A DNA stretch of 64,000 nucleotides from Geosiphon pyriformis uo1 (taxonomy: Eukaryota > Fungi > Glomeromycota). Below, piece after piece: positions 13,787 through 25,826 of the stretch (positions are counted from its first letter, which is position 1; each line of letters starts with the position of its first letter). The stretch is from contig JAAOMT010000523.1 in the NCBI GenBank assembly GCA_016748015.1, positions 804,156 to 868,155 of the forward strand. The letters are read 5' to 3'. Under the pieces are notes generated by a model. The model ran no database searches. It was not told the origin of the DNA and saw nothing but the letters and a program-made list of their open reading frames with translations. Made by a program: the position numbers and the translations under genes.

Positions 13787-14661
13787 TGTTACAGTTTAAA
13801 AATTTAGCAAAAAAATCATAAAAATTATATAAACTATTTATTTATAATATAGTGCAGTAATAATCTTAAAAAAGTAATGATTAACAAAGTAGCAAAACCC
13901 CATCTCGTGATAGTGGCAAACACCAGTTCACAATAGCAGTCAACACCAACTAGTAATAGCAGCAAATACCAGATTGAAATATCAAAAAAAAAGTATTACA
14001 ATGTGTTTTCTCATAGAACTATAAACATGTATATATACAGTAGATTTAATATTGAGAAAAGTCAATCAAGTAATAAAAATCATAACTTATCAAACAATAG
14101 ATCCAATTTATCTAACAAACTCCATTTTAAATTGTATCTTTAAATTAAATATTCCATGAAACCTTTAAATCAAAAAAAAATGAAAAAGAATATTTAAAAC
14201 TGAATTATCACAATCCCAAAGTAATAAGAAACTTACTTGTGTTAATTATTGAATAAAACTATCATTCATCAATTGAATTTCTTGGAAGAATAATCTCTAA
14301 TCAAGATTATTCATATAACTACCAATTGATAAAAACTGAATAGGAAGAATTAAAAAAAGTGCTAAAGGTCATTAATATTCCGTGTTTTTAGATTAGAGAA
14401 ACACACCAGGCAATTGCAAGGATAGCCTTAGAGAAAATCCCAAACAGCAGATAGATTTCAGCTCAGCCTCTGAAAAGGAGTACATAAACACATACAACAA
14501 TTAAAGATTGAAAAATAGCTTATATCAGGACATCAAGAGGAAACCAGCAGCCTAAATACCAACATTATTATACAATTAGAATTGAGGAACTTATAAGAGA
14601 CTGATTGCAATTAAGACGGGATATCAGCAGTTAAATATACCAAGAAAACCATCCCATAACA
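13787..14661. mobile_element. Solo LTR of an unrelated family, 875 bp
   Basis: TGTTACAG...CCATAACA termini; GCAT TSD at 13783-13786 and 14662-14665; gag of B is continuous across it. Confidence 0.88.
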
Positions 14662-15362
14662 GCATCCTAAATAAGTAGTGACTGCTTTATTTTCTCCTTG
14701 TTTGATAGTGATGAAAGTATTTGCTAGCCGATTAATACTATTATTATTGCTGAAATATTGTAGAAATACAAGCTTGAATGCATTGAAATCCTGGAGTTTG
14801 TTAACCAAGCTTTAATACTATGAATTGGCAGTATTTTGGAAAAAATAGAGAATGGCCTGCATGGCTCTGGTGTTATTCCACCTGTTGGCTGCAATGGTTT
14901 TTTTCACATTATTTAACCACACTTGGGTGTTGTCCTCTTTGCTGGTGAATTTTTCAAGTTTGGCAATAGGAGCATATGCCATTGGCACTATGATTTGTTG
15001 TTGTGGTGGTTGTTAAAGTTGTTGTTGCAGTGGTAGAAGCGGCTGTTGTTGGATCAGTTCAATAATTGGTTCAATTGGTGATTGATTGATGATGATTAGA
15101 GATAAGTTTTGCTGATTAATTGTTTTAGGGTTTCAATTATCCTAATTTTGTTGTGTTTGAAAATTCAGAGTTTCAATTTCCGGGTTTTCAGTGATCAGGT
15201 TCCGGTAAGTAAATTCTTGATCTTTAGATTCTTCTTCTTCTTCCTCTTCTGATTCCGTTATCTCCCAGGGACTTGTGTTTCCAAAATCTGGTTGAGGTGG
15301 TGGTGATCGGAATTCTGATGGTGTTGGCAATTGTGATTTAAATCCTTCAAAATAATTGCCAT

Positions 15363-15732
15363 TGCTACTCATAAAAAGAAAACAGATAGAAAGAAAATAA
15401 TAAACCAATAAGCAAATAGTAGTTAGCACGTGAGCACATTGCTTAGCAATGGAGAGCAATAACAGAAATCACAGCACATTGCTCAAGAATGTGAGCAATC
15501 TCATAGAACATTAATTATGTATATATAGTGGTAACATTAGAAGTAGAAAAAGCAGAATCCTTCTATTAGAAACCTCTCAATTTAGATTTTATCTAAGCAA
15601 CTTCCATTCACAAATATTAATAAAATAATTATTCACTATTTCAATCCACTCTCCACTATCAACACTTCATGTTGATAGTAATTGATACTTAATCACACTG
15701 GAACAATAACTCTTGATCATGGCTATTAATGG
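15363..15732 (+). repeat. Truncated original 5' LTR of C
   Basis: Matches 24965-25397, with fewer tandem repeats; stops abruptly at ATGG where a second LTR begins. Confidence 0.85.
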
Positions 15733-16573
15733 TATTACTCATAGAATATAGGAAATATATTAGCATATGAAATAGCCAATCAGAGATAATTGTAGTAAAT
15801 GTGGAATTTCAAGATTCTCTGTATGAGGAATCACAAAATTCCAGAATTCCAGGATTCTTCTCAAAAAGAATTGCAGGATTCTAGGAATTCCAAGATTCCT
15901 GAGGTGAAGAATTGAGGAATTGAGGAATCTCAATTATGTATATATATAGTAGTAATGTTAGAAGTAGAAAAAGAAAATCTTTAGTGAGAAGACCTCTCCA
16001 TTTAGATTTTATCTGAACAACTTTCCAAATCACAAATACCAATAAATAATTATTTACTATCTTAACCCACTCTCTGCTATTAACACTTCATGTTAAAAAT
16101 AATTGATACTTAACTACACTGAAATAATAGCTCTTGATTATGGCTATTGATGGAATACTAACTTGCAATTGCTTTGTTATTTTCTTTATTTTCTTTATTT
16201 TCTTTATTTTCTTTTATTTCTTTTGTTATTTCTTTGGTTTTACTAAAATTGATTAATGATTAAGCACTGAGATACAGACATCATAGAGATTGGTAAAAGA
16301 TCCATGAAACAAGGGTAAAACACTTATAGATTTGAGGATAGTTTACCAGGAGGATTACCAGCCACCATGCTGAGAAAGAAATTTGACAAAACTGCAGTTT
16401 CGGGAAGCTACAGATAAAACCATCAATTAAATTTCTATCCATTATACAAAGGATTCAACTCTAAAATCTTTAGATACAATCAACATACTAAGGTTACCAG
16501 CTTTATTAAGATATTGAGCACCAAGTTATGGATTTGTTATTTAATTTAAGACCCCAAATAATCATCTATAACA
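15733..16573 (+). repeat. Complete LTR of a sister subfamily (C') serving as 5' LTR
   Basis: TATTACTCAT...TATAACA termini; GGAATTCCAGGATTC-type repeats like element D; followed by the PBS. Confidence 0.88.
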
Positions 16574-16575
16574 TT

Positions 16576-16592
16576 TGGTGCTTTCTGTGAGG
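16576..16592 (+). promoter_or_regulatory. Primer binding site TGGTGCTT(C/T)CTGTGAGG
   Basis: 2 nt after the LTR end; same motif at 26415-26431(-) and 38185-38200(-); begins with TGG, complementary to tRNA CCA. Confidence 0.85.
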
Positions 16593-16632
16593 TATAATCC
16601 TATAGAAAACTAGTACCAACAATTAATCAACA

Positions 16633-19600
16633 GTGGCAGAATCAAAAAATATAGAAGCAAACCATTTTGGATTTGTGAAATTCTTATTTCAACACTACTG
16701 TCAACACTTGGGATTAAATTACAATCATATATTAGTAGAATTAGCCTTCAATTTCTATGTCAATGAGAAAATTGCCTATTTGTTAAAAACATCAGTAAAC
16801 ACTGAATCAGTGAGAGAAACTTTCTACCACAAATTAATACAAAACACCAGCTTATTAACAAATCATAATTTTGCATCCATCATCACTGAGATTAACAAAG
16901 AAATTGAACATCACACACAACAAAAATACCCAATGATCTACTCAAGTAAAAGCAAAGGAAAACTATAAACACCAGCAGTAACATCTCAATGGATCCAACC
17001 ACCTACTTGGAAGAAACACAGAGTTGAATCACCCACAAATCCATTATATTATTATACTCTGGAAAGCACCATTCATATCATATTACCAAACATGTCCACA
17101 TTAAATGCAACATCAACATTTGGATGATTCCCATTCCAAAATAAACAAAGAAAAACAGAATTACTAGGCCCATATGGTGAATATTTCAAAGGATTTCAAT
17201 CGCAAACACCAATGCCATCAGGAATCTAATTACCACCATCTCCACCAGATTTTGGGATAGCCAATCCATGAGAAACATCAGAATTGGAAGAAGAAAAAGA
17301 ATCTGAGGATCAAGAATTTACTTACCAGAATCCGATTCCAGAAAACCCGGAAGTTGAAACTCCAAATGTTCAAACTCTGGAAAATTCAAATCAAGAAAAT
17401 CCAGAAATCAAGACTCTAAATATTCAAACACTAAAGAATCAGAATATTCTAAACTCTGATTTAATCAATCAACCGAACCTACTTCCAAATATCATTATAA
17501 ATCAACCACCAATTGAACCGATTATTGAACCAATTCAACTGCAGCCACTTCAACTGCCCCAACAATTACAATAGCTGCTTCTACTGCCACAACAATACAT
17601 TGTAGTGCCAATAGCATATGCTTCTATTGCCAAAATCAAAAAATTCACTGGCGAAGAGGACGATGCCTAAGTATGGCTAAATAATGTGAAAAAAACCATT
17701 GCAGCCAATAGATGGAATAATGCCAAAGCCATGCAGGCCATTTTCTATTTTCTCCAGGATACCACCAACTCATGATATCAAAGCTTGACTAACAAACTCC
17801 AGGATTTTAATGCATTCAAGCTTGCATTCCTACAATACTTCAGCAATAATAATAGTATTAATTGACTAGCAAACACTTTCACTATTATCAAACAAGGAGA
17901 AAATGAAGCAGTCACTACTTACCTAGGATGCTTCTACAGAAATCTGCGCCAAATTCAAGCAATCCAGACTGATTATTTTACAGTGCCACAAATTCTAAAC
18001 CAATTTATTAGAGGTCTGCACAATAGCATCCTCCAATGTGCACGTCTAATGCATCCAGCAGATCTTCAAGCTGCAGTTATCAATGCCAGAGATTTTGAAG
18101 CAGCTGAACTCAAAGCTAACCATGCCCAAGCCATCAATCTAGTAATAAACGGATCATTTGAATTGGATTCTAAGTTGAAACAATTCAGTAATTCCATCAA
18201 CCAAAAATTAGAGGAATATTTAGCTAACAATCAGGCAATCTATCAACCTCCACAACAATGCAATAATCAAGGAAACACCAATTGTTTCCAGAATCAGTCG
18301 CACCTATTATTCTTGACCAATCAGCAGTGGCAGCAGAAGACACGTGTTTGCTACTACTGTGGTAAACAAGGGCATTTAAGGGTTGACTGTAGATTAAAAA
18401 TAGATAACCAACAATTGGGAAATCAATATCAAAACTCTGATTACTGGTTTCTGACTCCAAATTACCAATCCAACTCAGCACCATATCAACTGATTTATCT
18501 GTCAATGATACAACAGCCAATATATTAACCACCTGTATATCAACCTCTAGTCTATCAATCACAGCCACCAGTAATGTATTAACCACTACAGCCACAAATA
18601 ATTTATCAGGCACCCACAGTTCAAATACTGTCATCCAACTCAGCTCAAAAGACATCAGAAAACCCCAAATCCAGAGTAACTCAAAACTGGAGATTGGTGA
18701 TGGTGGTTCACCAACCAATTCTCAGTTCATCAAATCAACCATCAGAATCACACCAGCAGAGTTTAGGATCTGAGTATAACCAAAACCTGAGTTCCCAGAA
18801 CTACTTAAGTCTTCTGGTTAGTCCAGAAGATACTGCATCTAGCACATAGGAAACCAACCAAAGGACGCTTACCAATAACATTCTACCCACAACTATCTCC
18901 TATAACAAATTGTTAGCCATAATCTTCCCATTTGAACTTGAAGAACCATCAGTAACCCCTCTATTTAGTGGAGCCACCCTTGAAGAGAAACCCATTACTG
19001 TCATGTACATGGATGCCAAAGTTGATGATCAGTCCATCAAATTGATATTAGATAGTAGATCAGCTAGCAGCATCATCACAAAACAACTCATGGACCAATT
19101 AGGCCATTGAGTTAATCGAGCTGCCAGTGCATGCATTATCACAGCTAATGGAGCCACCAAAACTCCAATTGGCGAAATTAACAATTTACTGATTGAAATC
19201 AATGGCATCATCATGCCTATCAAAGTTCTCGTGATAAAAGCAACACAATATCAAGCATTCATTGGCAACAACTGGTTGTCCAAAACCAATGCTGTACTTA
19301 ACTGGATGACTCAAAAACTGACTTTCAATCAGAACGGTCAACACATGCGAGTACCAGCCACATGTGACCACTTCAAGACAACCAACCCAACAACACCCCT
19401 AATTGAGTTTGAAGAGGAGAAAAAAAAACTTATCTGGGAAGCCTACCAAGTTTCGTGGACTGACAAAGACCACAACAAACTACTGCCAATACTATTGTGG
19501 AATGACCAAGGAAAAGAGAAACAAAAAAAAACCAAACTTACCTAGGACATCAACAACAACTGAAAAACCAACAAAAATCAAGAAGAAGTAATAAATTGGG

Positions 19601-22600
19601 AGTGGGAAGAGAATAAAAATGAGAAAGGGAAGAGAAAGGCAAAAAAAGAAGAATCAACATCCACAGACACCTATACCACTTATACTCACCCATCACTACA
19701 ACCAACCAACTATCATTGACCAAAGCTTATATGCGTTGATTGTGACAAGAAACTGTCATCAATGGGTGCATGCTGTGGCAACAACAAAGAATACCCAACC
19801 ACAACTAAATTCTATTGTCACCCATGCGTTGTAGAACATTTTGGACAACCAAAAAGGTAAGAAAAATGGGACAACCAACCTTGTTTCACTTGTGAAGAAA
19901 CTCTTTTAAATGAAGGAATGTGGAACAACATTCCAGAGTAAGGAGAAACATGTGACAAATTGTGTTAATATACAATTCTAATTAGTGATTGGGTTAGGAA
20001 AAGAACACCAATAGAAACTGCTTGGAGAAGAGCAGTGAGACATCTAGACAGTTGTCCACACAATGATGACAAGATTTGGCAAATGGCACTTGCAAAAATA
20101 GAAAGAGTAACATCCAAAGAAATCAAAAAGATCAAAAACAACCTACTGGAACCTATAAAACTTAACTGAAATGAAAAACCAGCCATAAATTTTCTGGAAC
20201 CAGAAGAATTTAATTAACACTATCAAACTTTGGCACCTACAAGAGAAAAACAGAAAGAGTGTTTAGCACAGTTAAACATTTGACTATGTGACCACTGTTT
20301 GATTCCATGTGATTTTCAATATTGTAATAAGTGTGACCTCATTTACAATCTACCACTGTGCATGATCTACACAATTCCAGAGGAAGAAGAACCAATCAGC
20401 AGCTGCACATTGGAATTGGAATCAATGTTCAATCCTGATTCAAACTCCAATAATAATGACAACAAAAACATCGGTTCCAGTTCCATTCAAAATAACAACA
20501 ACAATGGCGACAATTAGAACTCAGATTCAAACTCCGATTCAAACTACAAACAATATATCGCACTTTCTGACCTTACCAAGGAATAAGAACTTAGATGGTT
20601 TAGCAATAATGATGAAGATATCATGTCAGAACATATACATAATACTGATGCAGGGTTTGATCTGAGATATCCAAGAAAAGATGCCATAAAATTGGAATCC
20701 TATTCACGTATTTGCATTGATCTCAAAATAGCTCTAGAAATTTCAGCAACAATCATGGTCCAATTAGCATCTAGGAATAGTTTAGTGAAAAAAGGAATCA
20801 ACATTAGAAGAGGAATAATTGATGTAGAATATATAGGAAATATCATCACCATGCTACAAAACGACTCAGAAAAGACCTATATTATAGAACCAAATAAAAA
20901 AATAGCACAGGCAATATTTTTACCTCTGGTAAAGATAGCTCAGTTAGTTTTAGTAAGAAAAAGAGAAAAATTAGGTATAACAGCAAGAGGGATACAGGGA
21001 TTTGGATCAACAGATAGAATAGATATACCAGTTAATATGGCAGAAGAAAAAATTGTTGACAAAGAAGAAATTATCTCAACTCATCAAACAATTTCCATTC
21101 TGCCATATGACCAGTATATGTTAGCCATAAAAAGAGAAGTAAGGGATCAAGCTCAACTGTTTGAAGCAAAAGCCACTATTTGTGAATTAGGGAGGATTGG
21201 ACTTACTAATCTCTACATATCAGCCAAAAGCCCCAAAAACATCAAAATTCCCATTTACAACACAACTGAAAGTGTTATTGAAATACCAAAGAGAACTATT
21301 ATTGGATATTTGACTACTAAAGTTGAGGATTAACCACCAAATCACATTCCAGATTTTCCACAGCTTTGTGGATATATAGACATTACATCACAAACCATCT
21401 ATGGACGAAGTAAATGTTATCTGCTCCAACCAGAACAATTGAAACAGATAAACATGGAGAATCTAGATCCACTTTAACAGATGCAACTCAAGATGTTACT
21501 CAACAATTTCAATAACATCTTTGCTAGTAAAAATGAATTTGGCCAAACCAATATCATCTAACATCAGATCAAGACTGGAGATGCAATGTCAATTAAACAA
21601 AGAGCATACAGAGTATTACCAGCTAGCCATGAGATCATTTGTTAAGAAATCAACCAGATGCTTGACAATGGGCTAATTCAGTCATCAATAAGTCCATGGT
21701 TGTTACCAGTAGTACTAGTTTGTAAGAAGAATGGAAAAATCTATTTTTGTGTAGACTATCGGAAACTAAATAGAGTAACAAAAGATGATAGCTATCCAAT
21801 ACCAAAGATCCAAAAACTATTTGATGCTTTTGGAGGAAATAAATAGTTCTCAACACTAAACTTAGATAATAGTTACTGGCAAGTAGCCATGGATCCAGCC
21901 AACAAAGAAAAAACAGCATTCACCACAAAAGAAGGAAATTTTGAGTTTGAAGTCATGCCATTTGGCTTGATGAATGCTCCAGCAACATTTCAATGGCTCA
22001 TAAAAATTGTTTATACTGGATTACTATGGAAATCAGTAGTTGTATACTTGGATGATACCAATGTATTTTCAAAAACATTCAATGATCATTTGCATCATCT
22101 CCAACAAGTATTCAAAAGATTAAGAAGAGCTAGATTGAAATTAAATGCAACCAAATGTTTCTTTGGAAAAACTGAACTCAAGTTTTTGGGACATGTGGTA
22201 AGCAAAGACGGAATCAAAACAGATTCAGACAAGATTAAAGTAGTTAAAAACTTTCCAGTACCAACCAACTTGCCAGAACTAAGGGCATTTTTGGGATTTA
22301 TAGGCTACTATTGCTGCTTCATCAAGGACTTTTCTAAACTGGTTCAGCTATTTCACTATCTACAAACCAAGAATGTGAAGTATGAATGAACTGAAGCCCA
22401 ACAAAAAGCATTCAACACATTAAGAAAAAAGCTTATCCAAGCTCCAGTATTGATGTATCCAGATTACAACAAACCATTCATTATTAGTACTGATGCATCA
22501 GGTCAAGCATTGGGAGCAGTACTATCACAGAAAAGACCTGATAGAAGAGAGCATCTAATAGTTTATGCCAGTAGAAGTTTAAGTCCAGCTAAAAAGAACT

Positions 22601-22848
22601 ATAAAACCTCAGCACTAAAACACTTAGCAATTTATTGGGCTGTCATCAAATGGAGAGAATACTTGAGCCAAAAGTTTGAAATATATATGGATCACAAAGA
22701 ATTGACTTCAATTCAGAAACAAGAATTTGCAGATGATTGTCATGTCAGGTGAAAAATAGAACTTTCACCATTCAATTATACAATACATTATAAAAAAGAA
22801 AAAGACAATGAAAATGCTGACAGATTGTTGTGAATAAGACAAATCTAA
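16633..22848 (+). pseudogene. Element C ORF1: Gag (CCHC knuckle), aspartic protease, Cys-rich insert, dUTPase, RT, RNase H, all in one frame
   Basis: ORF pieces at 16633, 17284, 17983, 18910, 19213, 20299, 20623, 21658, 21889 and 22450 share one frame. CYYCGKQGHLRVDC, LILDSRS, YLDD, ISTDASGQALGAVL; ends NAD.LL.IRQI*. Confidence 0.93.
20623..21030 (+). pseudogene. dUTPase domain within pol of element C
   Basis: All five dUTPase motifs: DAGFDL, SRNSL, IIDVEYIGNI, IAQAIF, RGIQGFGST. Confidence 0.9.
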
Positions 22849-22880
22849 AAACATTTCAACTCAAAAATATATAACAAAAG

Positions 22881-24255
22881 ATGAACACACAAAAATACCA
22901 ACAACTCCAGCATTATATAAATACTCAATCGTTCAAGGAGAAATTATCTCAAAAAGAACAAAACAACATAAAACAGCAATCAAAATATTTCATCAATTAT
23001 TAAAATATACTTTACCAGAAAAACAGAAGAAATCCAGACCAACCAAACAGAGTAATTACAGAATCAGAAAAAGAAACAATATTGTTTAACATGCACTCAA
23101 ATCCAACAGCAGAATATTTTCATAAAGAAGCAATCATACAAAGAACCAAAAAAAGATACTATTGGCCATCAATGTATCCAGACATCATTCAATATGTTCA
23201 AAATTGTGATGCTTGTTAGAGAAGAGAAAGAACAAAACCCAGTGAACCATTAAAACCAATCAAAGTGGAACAATTATTTGATTGAATTGAAATTGATCTA
23301 GTTGAACCATTAACAATTATTAGCAGAGGCAAGATATATTGCAGTAGCCATAAACTATTTCATTAAATGGCCAGAAGCAAAAGCCATTCAAAGAGCAGAT
23401 GCAGAATCTGTTGCCGAATTCGTTCATCAAGATTTGATCTGTCAATATGGATGTCCAAAAGAACTACTATCAGATCAAGAAACTCATTTTGTGAATAGAA
23501 TATTAACAGAATTAAGTCAAAGATTTGGGATAAAAAAACCATTATCATCACCATATTATCCACAAACCAATGGACTAGTTGAAAGATTCAATAAAATATT
23601 GTGTGAAGCAATTGCCAAAATCAGTCAAAAAAACCAAGACAAATAGGATTTGTTTATACCATCAGTATTATTTGCTTATCGAACAATGAGACAAGATACT
23701 ACACAAGCAACATCATTCAAATTAGTATATGGTAGGACAGCAACATTACCAGTTAAAATAGAGGTTAACACATATCCAACTGAACCAATAACAAAAGCTA
23801 ATTTCCAAGAAACATTGTTAAAAAAAACATATGACTTAATAGAAACACTAGAAAACAGATAACAAAAAGCAGTTGATAATATCCAAAAGTCTTAAAAAAA
23901 ACCAAAAAAATGACATAATAACCAATTACCAGATAAACCAGTTGAATTCAAGATTGGAGACAAAGTACTTTTATATTATATCAAAGCAGAAAAACAATGA
24001 AGTGAAAAATTCGACTCCAAATGAGACAAACCATTTCACATAGAAGAAATTCTTGGAAATAAAACTTATAAATTAAGATGGGACAACAAAATCTTAGCCA
24101 AAACAGCACATGGTGATCAACTAAAACCATATTACCAAATAGCATCATCATCTACCAATAATATTCTACAATTAGAAGTACAACAAATACTAGTTCAACC
24201 AGATAAAATTCCACAAGATCTGGAACCAATCATAATTATTAGACCAAACATGTAA
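22881..24255 (+). pseudogene. Element C integrase (separate ORF)
   Basis: ATG at 22881, 32 nt after the ORF1 stop. CDAC, IDLV, SDQETHF, YPQTNGLVERFN, decayed GPF motif; no chromodomain seen. Confidence 0.9.
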
Positions 24256-24315
24256 AATCAATCAATAAAAGAGTATATAAAGACACAGTATACATGACAA
24301 AAGCAACCAAAAAAA

Positions 24316-24950
24316 ATGGAAATACCAGATTATATTCACATTATAGCTCAACAATTATTCTAAGCATTAAGTCAACAACTATTAGACATGGAAATTATTG
24401 TTAACAACCAAACAATTTGCTATTAAAACACCAAAAGAAAGACAAAGAATACACCATATCAGTGAATACTAAAGAGTGATAAAAACTGGTTAAATAACAT
24501 AATAGAAAAAGTAAAAAACACTTTTGGGAAAATACCTATTATGGCACCAACAGAAGAACTTACAAAAAAAATTGGAAGCAATAGAAAGAACAACTTCCAA
24601 TATCATACTGTTACTACCAGTTAGGTCGAAAGTTGAATATTTAGGAGTTGTATATTGACAAATCCAAAAAAATATTTAACCAAACCATAATACAGCAAAT
24701 TAAAAAATTTATTGGAAAGAAGATGAACTCAACACTACATGTGAGAACAATTTATTGACTACACAACATATTTCAGAACTATTCAGAAATACTGTTACAT
24801 TTGAACATGGAAACCATAACCATTAACTAATGGAGAAAAATAAACAATGTACAAGTAGAAGACATGAAAAATAAAATCAAACAAATAATACTAGAAAAAG
24901 AAGTATTAGAGCTAATTCAAAATGAAGATTTTGATGGAGCTCAATATTAA
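24316..24950 (+). pseudogene. Element C ORF3
   Basis: MEIPDYIHIIAQQLF...ILEKEVLELIQNEDFDGAQY*; one 1-nt frameshift; stop runs into the PPT. Confidence 0.8.
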
Positions 24951-24964
24951 AAAGGAGGAGATAA

Positions 24965-25826
24965 TATTACTCATAAAAAGAAAACAGATAGAGAGAAAAT
25001 AATAGATCAATAAGCAAATAGTAGTTAGTACATGAACACATTGCTCAGCAATAGAAAGTAATGACAGAAATCACAACACATTGCTCAGCAATATGGAGCA
25101 ATGTTAGAAAATTAGGGCACATTGCTCAAAAAATCATAACATATTACTAGAGAATGTAAACAATCTCATAGAACATCAATTATGTATATATAGTGGTAAT
25201 ATTAGAAGTAGAAAAAGCAGAATCCTTCTATTAGAAACCTCTTAGTTTAGATTTCATTTAAGCAACTTCTATTCACAAATATTAATAAAATAATTATTTA
25301 CCATTTCAATTCACTTTCTACTATCAACATAAAGTGTTGATAGTAATTGATACTTAACCACACTGGAACAATAGCTTTTGATCATGTTTATTGACGGATA
25401 TTAACTTGTATATTGCCTTGGCTCATTTCTTTATTTTCTTTTATTTTCTTTTATTTTCTTTTCTTAATTTTTATTGTTGTATACTAACTGATTAAGAATA
25501 AAAAAAGTGCTGAGTAATTGATGTCATAGATAGCCTGGTAAAAGACCCAGAAATAAGGATAAAATTATATATATATTAACAGATAGCTTATCAGAAGGGC
25601 ACAACTTCCAAAATAAACTGGCCACCAAGCTGAAGACAGAAATTGGGAACACAACTCACCAACCAACTACATCATTATTAAATCTCTGTTCATTATACAA
25701 AAGACTTCACACTAAAACCTTCAGATAAAACAACACTTTTAGATATTACCAACAACATTATATCAATTGAGCACCAAGTTACAAGTTTGTTATTTGCTTT
25801 GAGACCCCAAATAATCACTTGTAATA
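24965..25826 (+). repeat. 3' LTR of element C
   Basis: Follows AAAGGAGGAGATAA; TATTACTCAT...TGTAATA, then TSD CCAT. Confidence 0.92.

Larger units (their letters stand above)
15363..25826 (+). mobile_element. Ty3/Gypsy element C, full length with a chimeric 5' end; inserted in gag of B
   Basis: CCAT TSD at 15359-15362 and 25827-25830; LTRs at both ends; PBS 16576-16592; PPT 24949-24961. Confidence 0.95.

Noticed and set aside
16576-16592. tRNA gene
   Set aside because: Only the ~17-nt PBS complement is present; no cloverleaf.
18224-18718. Antisense and alternate-frame ORFs over gag/pol (also 12641, 11044, 34058 and others)
   Set aside because: Shadows of the biased retroelement coding strand; no independent evidence of coding function.
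24100-24255. Chromodomain at the integrase C-terminus
   Set aside because: No Y.VKW.G-type motif; the tail is short and low-complexity.
24316-24950. ORF3 as an envelope gene
   Set aside because: Too short; no signal peptide, furin site or transmembrane segment visible.
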